Counted from the first letter of the stretch, positions 37,140-50,208 are shown. The stretch: DNA of 64,000 bases from Felis catus (GCF_018350175.1 NC_058368.1:7316001-7380000), one strand, 5' to 3'. The notes: generated by a model from the sequence alone, not told the origin. Numbers and translations: made by a program.

Positions 37140-37900
37140 GCCAGTTATCAATCCATTGCCTCTCAGCTCCAAATTCACCTTTCAATAATGCTCCCCAATA
37201 ACAGAGTGGATTCTCTGAGGCATCGCTTCTTTGCAGGGAGCACAATATTAACCTTTGTCCGTGGGACAGATAGTGCAGGACTCAGGGGATGTTAAGAGTT
37301 CCAACTGTTATGCAGAGAGTTGGCAAGGTGGTTGCAATGACATCTGGGGCTGTTCCTCCCCAGCCGCATGCTCACAAGGTCCCCTGGTGCTTTGAAGACC
37401 CCGCCTAGACTGGGGCGTACCCTCCCTCGGCCCTCTCCACATGGACACTATGTGCTCCAGGCTTTGTGTCTGCAATGACTCCCTCTGCTAGCCTACTAGC
37501 TGGGGACAGCTGATCTGTGCCCCCAAACCTACCCCATGTAAACGCCACACACTCCAAGCCTTGTGTACCTGGTGGCACCCTGAGTCCCTCTGTGTGCCCA
37601 CCCACCAGCCCCAGCTCACCTTCACCCAGGAGGCTTGCTTTCTGCTTGCCCAGTGACTTTGGATCTGCCGAGGCAACTCAGTGGGCCACAGCCACACCTT
37701 CTCCAACAGAGTCTGAACGCCAGCCCTAGAAAGGGGGGCACCTTTCCTTATTTGACCTTCCTTGGATATTTTCCCTCAGCCCTAGACTACCCTCTACAAT
37801 TCTCTTTACATGTTATAGTTACTTTCCTATCTTACCTTAATAAAGTCTTAAATTTTAACTTCCCTGTTTACATGTGTAATTTCTGTCTCCTGATCTGACT
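37140..37900 (+). mobile_element. ERVL LTR (MER74/MER73-like)
   Basis: Starts tgccagttatcaatccattgcctctcagctccaaattcacc, has AATAAA near 37839 and ends with tttctgtctcctgat. Confidence 0.6.
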
Positions 37901-38133
37901 CAGATGGATATGTATATACTGTTGGATATGATTATTTGGTTAAGGAATTGTACATGTTTGCTCATTAGGGAAATTTGTCTGTAATTTTTAATTTTGTGGT
38001 AACGTCTTAGGTTTTGGTATTGGCATAATGCCAGGTCCATAGAAATGTTGGAAAGTGTTCCTTCCTCCACAATTTTCTGAAGACTTTTGTACAAAAGTGG
38101 ATTTTTTTCCTATACATTTTTATTGAATTCACC

Positions 38134-38316
38134 AGAGAGAGAGAGAAAAAACACAAGGGGGAGAGGAACAGAGAGAGAGGGAGAGTGAGAGAGAATCCCA
38201 AGCAGACTCTGCACTATCAATGCAAAGCCTGAGGTGGGGCTCGAACTCACGAAGCATGAGATCATGACCTGAGCTGAAATCAAGATGCCTACCCGCCTGA
38301 ACCACCCAGCTGCCCC
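38134..38316 (-). mobile_element. CAN SINE
   Basis: Head ccacccagctgcccc, with tatacattt on both flanks. Confidence 0.85.
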
Positions 38317-38463
38317 TATACATTTCAATTTCTTAATAGATACAGAGCTAGTCTGATTTTCTGTTTCTTCTCATACCAATTTTGTAAATTGTACTCTTCA
38401 AGGAGTTTGACTATTTCACCCAAGTTGTTGGATCTATAGGAATAATTGTTCATAATGTTCTCC

Positions 38464-38694
38464 TTTTTCATTTTAAAAAAAAATGTTTATTATTTATTTT
38501 TGAGAGAGAAAGAGACAGAGCATGAGTGGGGGAGGAGCAGAGAGAGAGGGAGACACAGAATCCTAAGCAGGCTCCAGGCTCCGAGATGTCAGCACAGAGC
38601 CTGACTCAGGGCTCCAACCCATGAACTGTGAGATCATGACCCGAGCCAAAATCAAGAGTCAGATGCCTAACCGACAGAGCCACTCAGGTGCCTC
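38464..38694 (-). mobile_element. CAN SINE flanked by a 145-bp direct repeat
   Basis: Head, body and tail on the - strand. See finding. Confidence 0.9.
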
Positions 38695-41600
38695 AATACA
38701 TTTCAATTTCTTAATAGATACAGAACTATTCTGATTTGCTGTTTCTTCTCATATCAATTTCGTAACTTGTATTCTCCAAGGAATTTGACTATTTCATCCA
38801 AGTTGTTAGATATATAGGAATAATTGCTCATAATGTTCTCTTATTATCCTTTTAATGTCTGTCGGATCTGTAGTAATAATCTACTTTTCTTTTATATTAG
38901 CGATATGTGTTTTCTTTATTTCTTCATCTGTCCAATTGGAAGTTTATCGGTTCTATTAATCTTTTCATAAAACAAGCTTTCAGTTTCATTGGTTTTCTCT
39001 GTTGATCTCTTCATTTTAATTCCATTGATTTCTGCTCCAATTTTCATTATTTCCTCCCTTCTGCTGACTGTGGAATTAATTTACTCTTCTTTCTCTTGTC
39101 TCCTAAGGTGGAGGCTTATGTTAGTGATTTTCGATCTTTGTCCTTCCCCCTCTTTTTTTCTTTAACCTTTTTATGCATTTGTCCTAGAATTTGCAAAATA
39201 CACTTAGAGCTAATCTAAATCCATTGTTAAGTAACACTGTGCCACTTCAAGGGTAGTGCAAGTATCTTATATCACAGTGTTCTCAATTTCTCCTTCCCCT
39301 TCCCTTATAACCTTGCTAGCCTTTATTTCCCGTATCCATAAGCTATACTCACTGAATAATTGCAGCTATTACTATTTTTAAAATACTGTTTCATGTTAGA
39401 TCAATTAAGAGTAAGAAAAAGAAAATATTTTCTTTTACCTCCTTTATTTCTTCTCTAATATTCTTCTTTTCTTTATCTAGATCCACGTTTCTCACCTACC
39501 TTATTTTCCTTCTCTCTGAAGAACTTTGAACATCTTGGAAGGCAGGTCTATGGGTGACAAATTCCCTCAACTTTTGTTTGTCTGAGATGGTTTTTATCCT
39601 CCTCTTCTGAAGGAGACTTTCACTGGATACAGAATTCTAGGTTGGTGGAGTTTTTGTGTGTGTTGTTTTTTTTTTCTCTTTGCATTTCAGTTTTGAAAGT
39701 TCCTATTGACATTTCTTCAAGCTCACTGATTCTTTCTTTGGCTGTGTCCAGTCTACTGATGAGCCCTTCAAAGGCATTCTTCATTTCTGTTTGGTGTGTG
39801 TGCGCACGCGTGCACATGCACACACGTGTGTTTTCTAGCATTTCTTTTTGATTCTTTCTTAGTGTTTCTTTTTGATTCTTTCTTAGTGTTTCCATCTCTC
39901 CGCTTATATTACCCATCCGTTCTTGCATACTGTTCACTTTTTCCATTGGTACCCTAAGCGTATTAATCATAGTTGTTTAAATTTCCAGTCTGATCGTTCC
40001 AAAATGTCTACTATAGCTGAGTCTTGTTCTGATGCTTGCTCTGTCTCCCCAAACCATGCTTTTTATCTCTTAATAAGCCTTGTAATTTTTTGTTGAAAGC
40101 CAGATGTGATGTACTGGGTAAAACGAACTAAGGCTTTTAGTGTGAGGTTTAACGTGTATCTGTCCAGGGGACAGATTGTGTTTGATGTTTGCTGTACTTA
40201 TAGCTATCTGGGGCTAAAAGTTCCTCTGGTGTCTTTTTTGTCTCCTCTGTTGTCTTTGGATTTCCCTAAAGACTCCTTAAATAAGGTCTGAGGCGTGCAA
40301 TTCTTTCTGTTGCATTCCTGTTATTGTACAGGAACTCTATTGATGTGGTGGTAAGCCATTCTAGAAGGGAAGGGAGGTTTTATAGTTGTATGATTAAGCT
40401 TCAGTCTTTCAGTGATCCCATAGCCCTGGCCTGTGACATTCACAAGTGCTCCTCAGTTCTGTTTTTTGTTTGTTTGGTTGGTTGGTTGGTTTTCAAAAGT
40501 TACACTGGAAGGCTAGAGAGTCTAGAGTTGGGTATTTCCCTTTCCCCAGGTTGGTTGGGCTCTCGAAAAACTTTGGTTGGTTAGGATCTAGTAAAATAGC
40601 TTCCCTTGAGGCAGGCCTTCTGAAGAAGAACACAATGCCCTGGGTATTTTTCAGAAAGGCTACTTTTCCTCTCCTTATGCCAGAAGAACAAATAGATTTT
40701 CCCCCAGTCTTCACTGTGAGAACCTGGTGGTAAACACTCAACCATGTAAGCACTCCCCCAAGACTGGACCCCTTGAGTTTTAAATCTCAGGTTTGTCCAC
40801 ATACAGTCTTCAGACATTTTTCAAACACACTTTAAATTTTCCTTCTCTGCTACTGGTTCTAACAGAGGCTTCTGCTCCTGCCCTTTGGCTGTGCTAAGCT
40901 GTGATCCTCTGCATCTTCTGTCTTCTCTCCAAATTTCGGGCCATGGTTTGCTCTGCAATCTCAGTTCTTTAAGTTCCAAGTAATTTCTAATTTCCCGTCG
41001 GGTTTCCTCTTTGATTCTGGATTACTTACAAGTGTATTGTTTAATTTCCACATATTTGGGCCTTTTAATCAATTTCTAATTAGTCATAACATGGTTATAG
41101 AACATACTATATTACTTTCTGTCATTTCGGCAATAAGTACTTTCTATTATTTCGGGAAATCTAGTAAGCTCTGTGGACATTTTGTTTAGTCATAAGAGAC
41201 ATATTTGTGATGTAAGTCTATTATTCAGTATTTTAAGTGGATCAAGTGGTAATCAGTGTTTGGCAAGAGCTAAGTAACACATTTCAACAAGCATTCAACA
41301 AAAACACAGTACATACTTATTCTTGTCAGGAATGACATAGACCATTCTACTCTGGTAGTCTTGTTAGATGGTTTGCAGAGAACTCAGTTGCTATAGCCAG
41401 AGAAAACTGCAGCGTTTTTGTTAACTCTGGGCCCCAAACTGGTGTTTTCAGACACAGAAAACATTGCAGAGCAATGTTATAGCAAGTTCTTTTTAGTACT
41501 TCAGGTAAAAGTATTTTAAATGCTTTTTTAGACTTTTTTACATAGCCTTCTTTAAAAGCCAGTCTATGGTTTATCTTGGTAAATGTACCATTCAGAGTCT

Positions 41601-41974
41601 GGGGGGATGTAATACTCTATAAATAGTACTAGAGATACATTAGTAGTTAAAACAGTAAATAGTGTTGATCAGATTATGTGTCTTTACTGACTTTTTGCCT
41701 AATTGGCTTATCAATTTCTCATAGAAGAGTATTTAAGTCCTCTACTATGATTTTGGAATTGTCTATATCTTCCTTTAATCCTGTATGCTTTTGTTTCGTA
41801 TATTTTTAATCTCTTTCCCAGGATTATCCATTAGCATCATTTTTCCTGAGACTGAAGAAATTCCTTTGGCAGTTATTGTCAAAGGATCTGGCAGATCTGG
41901 TCCAATGAATTCGCTTAGTTCTCCGATATGTGAAAATATCTTTACTTCAACTCTGTTCTTGAAGAACATTTTCT

Positions 41975-42180
41975 TTTGTTTCTAAGTTTATTTGCTTCTT
42001 TAGAGAGAGGGGGACAGCATGAACAGGAGAGGGGCAGAGAGAGAGGGAGAGAGAATCCCAAGCAGGCTCCGCTCTGTCAGTGCAGAGCCCAACGTGGGGC
42101 TCGAACTCGCAAACCGTGAGATCACGACCTGAGCCGTAACCAAGAGTCAGACCCTTAAGCGACTGAGCGGCCCAGGTGCT
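41975..42180 (-). mobile_element. CAN SINE
   Basis: Head, body and tail on the - strand. Confidence 0.9.
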
Positions 42181-42399
42181 TCAGAGCATTTTCAATAGAT
42201 ACGTGTTTTGGGGTTGACAATCTTTTTTCCATTGGTTTTTTAAAGCTGTAGTGAGATATCACTGGTATACAATAAATGACGCATGTTTTAAGATAAAATT
42301 TGATATGCTTTGGTATATGTTTACACCTGTGAAACTTACTCCACAATCAAGATAATGAACACATCCATTACAACCAAGAGTGTCTTCAGGCCCCTTTCA

Positions 42400-42541
42400 T
42401 TTGTTTTTATTTTTAATTTTTAAGTAGCCTTCACGCCCAACATGGAGTCCAATGCAGGGCTCAAACTCCTGATCCTGAGATCAAGACCTGAGCTGAGATC
42501 AAGAGTCGGACGCTGAACCACTGAGCCACCCAGCTGCCCCC
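42400..42541 (-). mobile_element. Short CAN SINE in L1 3' fragment
   Basis: gagatcaagacctgagctgagatcaagagtcggacgct head without (CT)n. Confidence 0.85.
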
Positions 42542-42811
42542 CGCATGCCCCTTTTAATCCATCATTCTACACTTCCCAACACCTTCTATCCACAGGCAAC
42601 CACTCATGTCCTTTCTATAACTATAGATTAATTTTTCATGACTCTAACTCTAAATTGCATTTGTAGAATTTTAAATGAATGGAGTCATATAATGTGTCTT
42701 TTTCTGGTCTGGATTTTTTCACTCAGCATAATTGTTTTGAGGTTCATCCACGTTGTGGTATGTGACAGCAAAATTAATAGTTCATTCATTTTATTTCTTT
42801 TTTAAAAATAT

Positions 42812-43261
42812 TTTTTTAATGTTTTATTTATTTTTGAGACAGAGAGAGACAGAGCGTGAGCAGGGGAGGGGCAGAGAGAGCGAGAGCAAGACACAGAATC
42901 CGAAGCAGGCTCCAGGCTCTGAGCTGTCAGCACAGGGCCCTAGGCGGGGTTCGAACTCACAGACTGTGAGATCATGACCTGAGCAGAAGTCAGATGCTCA
43001 GGGGCGCCTGGGTGGCGCAGTCGGTTAAGCGTCTGACTTCAGCCAAGTCACGATCTCACGGTCCGTGAGTTCGAGCCCCGTGTCGGGCTCTGGGCTGACG
43101 GCTCAGAGCCTGGAGCCTGTTTCCGATTCTGTGTCTCCCTCTCTCTCTGCCCTTCCCCCGTTCATGCTCTGTCTCTCTCTGTCCCAAAAAAAATAAATAA
43201 ACGTTGAAAAAAAAAAAGAAAGAAGTCAGATGCTCAACCGACTGAGCCACCCAGGCGCCCC
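42812..43261 (-). mobile_element. CAN SINE interrupted by an opposite-strand SINE
   Basis: Body at 42812-43000; the head resumes at 43237-43261. Confidence 0.92.
43001..43220 (+). mobile_element. Young feline CAN SINE nested inside another SINE
   Basis: 16-bp TSD agaagtcagatgctca at 42985 and 43221. Confidence 0.95.
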
Positions 43262-43698
43262 ATCATTAATTTTATTTCTAAGGTGTATCCAATCCTATGC
43301 ATATGCCATAAATGGTTTATAGTCACCTGTTAATGGCTATGTGGACTATTTCCAGATTTGGGCTATAACAAATAAAACTGCGGTGAGATGCATGTCTTTG
43401 TAAGGCTATATGCTTACATTTCCCTTAGATAAATACGTCTCTAACATATTGTAGATGTATGTTTATTAAGAAATAGCCAAGGACTTCCTGTGTTTTCGCA
43501 GATCATTACAAGGATTTCTACCTTATCTTTTACTGAGAATTCATTTTTTAAAATGTTTATTTGTGAATTTTGAGAGAGAGTGAAGGGGAAGGGCAGAAAG
43601 TGATGAGAGAGAATATCAAGCAGGCCCCACAGGCTGGAGATAATCCTTGTCTCAGCTAGTAAGGCCCAACACAAAAGTAAAGTCTAAAACGATAAAGG

Positions 43699-43922
43699 GG
43701 GGCGCCTGGGTGGCTCAGTTGGTTGAGCGTCCGGCTTCGGCTCAGGTCATGATCTCACCATCCGTGAGTTCGAGCCCCGCGTCGGGCTCTGTGCTGACGG
43801 CTCAGAGCCTGGAGCCTGCTTCGGATTCTGTGTCTCCCTCTCTCTCTGACCCTCCCCCGTTCATGCTCTGTCTCTCTCTGTCTCAAAAATAAACAAATGG
43901 TAAAAAAAAATTTTTTTTTAAA
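43699..43922 (+). mobile_element. Feline CAN SINE
   Basis: Full element. Confidence 0.95.
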
Positions 43923-45119
43923 TAAAACAAGAAAGGTAAGTTACAACATCGAAGTAATCAGGGGCTACGCGAGCATTTGTTGAGCATCTGCTATGGAAAG
44001 GCATGATATCAGGTATAGAGGTAGGAGTGAATAGAGGGAAACGTGAGAAAGACAAGGTTCCAGTTCTCGGTGCCCTACATTTGAGGACATAAGTTGAATA
44101 AGCTAAGTGCCAGGAAGGAGGGAGGGATCATGGGGAGCAGGAAGAGTTCCATGAACAGAAACAATATTTAGTCTGGGGTTTTGAATTGGAGCCTTTTCAA
44201 ATGTTTACAATGGAAGCATAAGCGTAAGGTTGACCAATGCATCCTTTCAAACACAGAAGTCCCTAAAACGTGGGGGCCATGGTGATCACGTTACCACCAG
44301 AAGAACGTCAAGATGATTCCCTCAGTTGTATCAACCTGAAGCTGCTTCTTGACAGCCCAACATGGAAGCAACGTCAGAAACTTCTCGGCAGGAGGGGGTG
44401 GGGGTGGGGAGAAGGAGAAGAAAGCTGGTGGGCGACTCGCAAGATTAGAGGAAAATGGCAGGAATGGTTTCCCAGGGGCCACCTTAGCCCGAGCTGGAGC
44501 TGTGTTTCGCAGAATCCCCTTCCCGTATGGTTCTAGGTTAGGGTTGGCCACAGGGAGCATTTGTGACTGAAAAGGCGAACGTAAAACAGCATCTGTTAAA
44601 CTCAAGATGATTGCAATTATTGCACGGGCACTGCGGTAGCTCATGCACACGGTTTCTGTGCCAGCCCCCTCCCGGGCCCTCCAGCTCCCACCAGCTCTGC
44701 TCAGCAATTCCGAGCGTCAGGCCAGGCCCAGGGGCCCCTCAAACAGAAGAACGCCGACTTCTGTTGGTCACCCATGCCAGACGGGGAGGAGGTGGTGAGA
44801 GACAGATGTCGGTTCCAGCTTATCCTTGCGGGCTCTGATTTACCCTTGCAAGTTCTGGTTTGTCTCGCCCTGTCTGGGTTTTCTTCCTCACTTCCAGCCC
44901 TGCTGCCCTGCAGAAACTTCATGCCCTCCACCAGACGAGGGAGGCAAGAGCTTTTCACCTACATTTTCACCTGCTCTCACGGCTGTGAAAAGCCGAATGC
45001 CTACAAGAGTCCCTTATTCTGTACCACTTTTCATGTTCTGCTCCCCCATTGGAACCCTGAGCAATGACCTACTGCCTGCAGCCGGCTGCGATGACCCTGT
45101 CTGATTAAAAGCGAGAAGA

Positions 45120-45336
45120 GGCACCTGGGGGGCTCAGTCGGTTAAGCGTCCGACTTCGGCTCAGGTCACGATCTCGCGGTCTGTGGGTTCGAGCCCCATG
45201 TCGGGCTCTGTGCTGACAGCTCGGAGCCTGGAGCCTGTTTCGGATTCTGTGTCTCGCGCTCTCTCTGCCCCTCCTCTGCTTACACTCTGTCTCTCTCTCT
45301 CTCTCTCTCTCTCAAAAATAAACAAACATTAAAAAA
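45120..45336 (+). mobile_element. Feline CAN SINE
   Basis: TSD aaaagcgagaaga. Confidence 0.95.
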
Positions 45337-47492
45337 AAGCGAGAAGATGCCTTTTTCATTACTTTGGGAAAGAAAAATCCAAGAGAACCCTTACTCTACA
45401 AATTTACGGAGTTATCAGCAAGTATATGGTTCTTTCTTATTATCGGGATTTTCCCCCGCAAAATAACTCTTAAGGTTCTCAAACTGTGGAATCTAACCTC
45501 TTGATAAACATAACTACTGGTTTTCTTTTAGTATTTTGCAACAATTCGAGACTTTTCATAAAACAAGTCAACCCACAAGGCAAGTATAGCACGGGTTTTA
45601 ATCTCAAAATATTTTTATTCAGCTAAATCTCTGCTTTCTCTGCCCCCTCTTCAGAAAGCCACTTGAGAAATCCCATTTGACAAGGGATATTATTACAGTT
45701 TGTAATGGCCAACGTCGGGGCAAGACTTTTTTTTTTCTCTCTTTTGTAAAATCAATTTGAGTTATTTACAATGAACTTAAAAACCATGAACTTTAATGAA
45801 AAAGCTTGACAGGTTTGATGTATGATAGACTAACGTTTCAAAAAAAAAAAAAAAACAGAGATTTTTTTTTCTTTTTGGCCATGGAATAAAAACATGGGTC
45901 CGGCCACTCAGAGTCACTTCGAAGAGAGTAGAGAAATAGAGTTGCCCAGTGATTATAAAATTTCTCCAGAAAACTAGTGAACAAAGGAGATGTAAATGTA
46001 TTTCCATCAATGGAATAATGTAACAGGAGGGGGGTTGAGCTTCTCGCAACAAATAGAATCGTTGTTTTGTGTGTGTTTGTCTGCAAGCTAGTTGCTGATG
46101 ACATCACTTATTTTATTCCATCAGAGTAGCTCCTAATAATTATTTTTCAGGAGAACCACAAAACAGATAAGGTGTGGGACTCTTCCTTGCAGCAGGGTCT
46201 GTCTGGGTTCCGGCCATTGATGGCCCAACACACAGGACGTTTGTCAACACACTCCTTCGTGCCTTCCTCTGCGTCTGCAGCTCTCTGCTCCTTGCTTTGT
46301 TAATGCCTCGTGGAACTTGTAAGCAGTTTCTCAAACATAATCTTCAACCGGGTGTTTACTTTGACCACTGACTGTTGATTTAGAAGGAGCTCCTTTTTCA
46401 AAGGAAATCCATCCACTTTTCCTGTGTCTAAAGGCAAGAGAGAATACTTGTGTCATGGCACCCGGCCCTGCGTATTTAGAACTTTGAAACGATCACAAAA
46501 TTACTTTTCCCCTTTCATTTATTTTCCTCTTAAATCCTGTTTTACAGTAATCATTCAAATGACTTCACTACATGGTCAGCTAAATAATAGCTTTAGGAGG
46601 CTGGCTATTTTAAATAGGGCAGACTAAATAGCCACTTCTCAGTGCAAACCTTTTAAAAAGTATTTGTTTAATGAACGAGAAATGTCTGAAATATGAATGA
46701 AAATGTGTCAAAAATACAATCGCATTTTCTAAGCCCCTTTGATGCAAGAAAACGTAGATTTTATTCCTGGCTTGTAACTTTTTTCAAGGCTGTATTTGCA
46801 ACTGCCTCTTTGCAATGAAGAGGAAAAGAACCGGGCAAGCTGAGAAAGGAAAACATCTTTTAAAATTATTAACGACATCCACCTAACGACTTACCAATTA
46901 ACATTGTCATTGACTTTGCAATATAAATGTCCAATTTTGTTTTAGTTGGGAGAAACTCTAGGCCCTGTGTTCTGTCCATTTCATAAGTTCTTTAGTTCTC
47001 TTAAGTTTGTTCTTTGTGATGACTTCCTTCTTTGGCTGAGTTTAATATTTGCACAGAAAGAATAAAACTTAGCTTAGTCTAAATTAGGTTGGAGTCTGCC
47101 TTTAACTCAGTAGTCCCTGTTCAACACAACCCTTCCCCAAACAACGACAACAATATCAAACAAGTGGGAGACTGGGTGAGAAGGTCCTCCATAGTTGGGC
47201 TTGGGAAGAGGCGCGCTTGGGGAACCCTTCAAATGCTGAATTGACCCACAAGTGCCATGGTGTCTAAGAGGCTAGAGGAGCTGGGTGTACTCGGTTATAT
47301 TCAGGAGTAATTAATATAATTGACAAACTCTTGGATTAAAAAGTACTTATACTACTCTGTTTGGAAATATCGGGACGTAGGAAGAATGGCGAAATTAGAA
47401 AATCACCACTTGGCAGTTAAGTGTGTCAGTTAAGAATCATCGATGGGTGCTGAAATCCGTGGGCAAAAGTCACATGAGAAAAAAGACACAAA

Positions 47493-47987
47493 CAGTTCCT
47501 GACTTCTAACGGCTCACGATTTTTTTTTTACTTTAATGGTGCAGAAGTGATACGCATTCAGTAAAAACCATACTTGGAAGTTTGCATTTGGATGCTTGCC
47601 CAGGCTAGCGATATGCAAACGATTCTCTCTGTCATGCTGGGGAGAAGCAGCAACTCAAAGCCCCCAGCAAGCCGTGGGATCCCGAGGATCAATAACCCAC
47701 ATGCTGACAACCACCCTGTACCCAGACAGTCGTTCTGTTTTTCACTTTCAGTGCCGTGTTCAATCAATTACCTGAGATAGTCAATACTTTGCTATAAAAT
47801 AGGCTTTGTTTTTGATGATTTTGTGCAACTGGAGGCCACTCTAAGTGCACTGAGCATGTTTAAGGTGGGCTAGGCTAAGCTAGGACGTTCAGTATGTCAG
47901 TTGTATTCCATGCATTTGCCACTCAAATACTCTCAACTTGCAATGGGTTTATCGGGACAAGGCCCATTGTGAGTCGAGGAAGATGTG
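47493..47987 (-). mobile_element. Tigger5/MER47-like DNA transposon
   Basis: gtttaaggtgggctaggctaagcta and gggtttatcgggac...gagtcgagga terminus match recalled MER47. Confidence 0.8.
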
Positions 47988-47989
47988 TA

Positions 47990-48350
47990 TTTGCACCTTT
48001 CCAGATATCTCCCCATCAGATTCCTAATTACAAAAGGGAACATGGTTAAATTTCCAGTAGATTTTATTCACCACCTGAAGGTTCAAGTTAACATCACCAA
48101 TCCGAGAACAAAGCAGTACAGCGTGCCTCCAAGGACCCGCACTGAGGACGCAGCATTTCTGCAAAAGTCGTACCACGGGTGTGCAGCCTGAATTCAACCA
48201 TGAAGAAACATCAGGAAAATCCAAATGGGGGAACATTCGACAAAATAGCTGGCCTGTACCCTTCAAAAGTGTCATGAAAGACAAAAACCAGCTGGGATGG
48301 TTCCCGATTAGAGACGATGAAATAGACATGCCACCTAAATGCAATTCCCA
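47990..48350 (+). mobile_element. L1MC4-like 3' fragment
   Basis: ctaattacaaaaggga, aagttaacatcaccaat and aaatagctggcctgtacccttcaaaagtgtca motifs. Confidence 0.6.
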
Positions 48351-48814
48351 ATGGACCCTATCCTCTCCATTTCACAGAGGGGACGCGAACTCAGAGAATT
48401 TCAGAGTCTGGTCTACAACATCAGTTTATGCTGCTACGGTGACCCAGTCCACGCCATTCAAACAGATGAGCACAGATCAAAAGGGACAGAACAAAAGTTA
48501 TTTGTCAGAGGCAATGTCATGTAGCGAAAAACCTGTGAATTTCATAGAACGAAAGGCAGCGACTACTGATCAAGAGATTCTCCAAAATACAGGCTGAGCA
48601 GGGAAGTAACAAGAAAAGATGTACACAGGTGGGAAGACCAGGGGAGTTTTCCAAAGAGCTGCCCCATTACCCCTTCCACCAGCCCCATGGATGCTGACAG
48701 TCAATCCGGGGTGGAGTGAGGCTGCCCCACTAAATGAGGGTCAACGAACATCTCGTAAATACAACACAGTGTTTATGTGCTATGATTTGTTTTCTTATCG
48801 CATCAAACTCTTTT

Positions 48815-49040
48815 GGGGCGCCTGGGTGGCGCAGTTGGTTAAGCGTCCGACTTCAGCCAGGTCACTATCTCGCGGTCTGGGAGTTCGAGCCCCGCGTCGG
48901 GCTCTGGTCTGATGGCTCAGAGCCTGGAGCCTGTTTCCGATTCTGTGTCTCCCTCTCTCTCTGCCCCTCCCCTGTCCATGCTCTGTCTCTCTCTGTCCCA
49001 AAAATAAATAAACGTTGAAAAAAAAAATTAAAAAAAAAAA
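48815..49040 (+). mobile_element. Young feline CAN SINE
   Basis: CpG-intact, with TSD aaactctttt. Confidence 0.95.
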
Positions 49041-49474
49041 AAACTCTTTTAACGGGCAATATAAAGGAAATGAATGTGGCTTAAAAACTCTGATTTTGGG
49101 GACACAAAGTTACTGCTGAGTTTTATGGTACTGAGAACAGGAGGTTTGTGTAATTTTTTTTTCCCATTTCCAGATACCCCCAGATGCTTCTGAATGATGC
49201 AAGGTAGCTGATAGGTCTTTGAAAAATTACTTACAATATGAAAGATTCCTAAAATGTATGTCTTTTTAAAATTTAGTTTCCTGCATATTAGGTGCTGTTA
49301 CATTCACGCCTTACAGAAGAACGCTTCTGAAAATCTTCCTGAACTTTTGGAGTTAAGGTACCTAACTCCCAGCAAGGCTTTGATATAGAACAGGCTGGGT
49401 CCCAGACATGCCAGGCCAACCATCTTCTATGTGCTGCTGCCTTCCCACAGGGGCGGTGTGCTCACAGAGAGAGA

Positions 49475-49665
49475 GCCTACGCTTTGAAGCTGGACAAACC
49501 TAGTTGTGAATTCCAGCGTTAGTACTTCCTGGGATAACTTGGACAAATGATCTTGCTGAGCTAGTTTTCTCATCTAGAAAGTAAAGACAATGCTTATGTC
49601 TCAGAGCTACCTCAAGGATCAAATAACGCAGATAAAATATTCAGCATAGAGCCTGATACAAAGGC
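49475..49665 (+). mobile_element. MIR
   Basis: gctttgaagctggacaaacct...aacttggacaa...ctagttttctcatctagaaa core. Confidence 0.7.
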
Positions 49666-49989
49666 CATATTAGTTCCTTCCTTCCTTCCTTCCTATTCTC
49701 TTATCATCCATGACTGGAACAATTTATATGTCAAATTAGCATGCAATAAACTTCACGTTGGGTGGTAGACTCGTGAATGATTGCTACATTACTAAAATTT
49801 GATGGTTAATTAATTTGTTAAAGCAGGCCAGGAGTGGATAATAATGAGTTTGTCTCGAACTCTGGATTATGATTAGTACAGGTGCGTGTACCTGAGGTCC
49901 AACATAGAATTACACATGCTTATGTGTTCAATGAGTACTCCTTCATCCTCAGAATTGAGCATTTGTGTTAAAAAGTTAAAAAGAAAAAA

Positions 49990-50208
49990 GCCTGGATGGC
50001 TCAGTCGGTTGAGCGTCCGACTCCAGCTCAGGTCAGGATCTCACAGCTTGTGAGTTCGAGCCCCGCGTCGGGCTCTGGTGCTGACAGCTCGGAGCCTGGG
50101 GCCTCCTGCGGATTCTGTGTCTCCCCCTCTCTCTGTCCCTAACCCACTCGGCATTCTGTCTCTGTCTCTCTCAAAAACAAATAAATGTTTAAAAAAATTA
50201 AAAAAAAA
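49990..50208 (+). mobile_element. Feline CAN SINE
   Basis: Near full length, with TSD aaagaaaaaagc. Confidence 0.93.

Larger units (their letters stand above)
37905..41970 (-). mobile_element. Composite old L1 fragments, - strand, with SINE insertions
   Basis: T-rich sequence. An ORF1-like coiled-coil remnant (EMKNAFEGLISRLDTAKERISELE) lies at 39620-39970 and ORF2-like pieces at 37920-39130. Confidence 0.75.
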
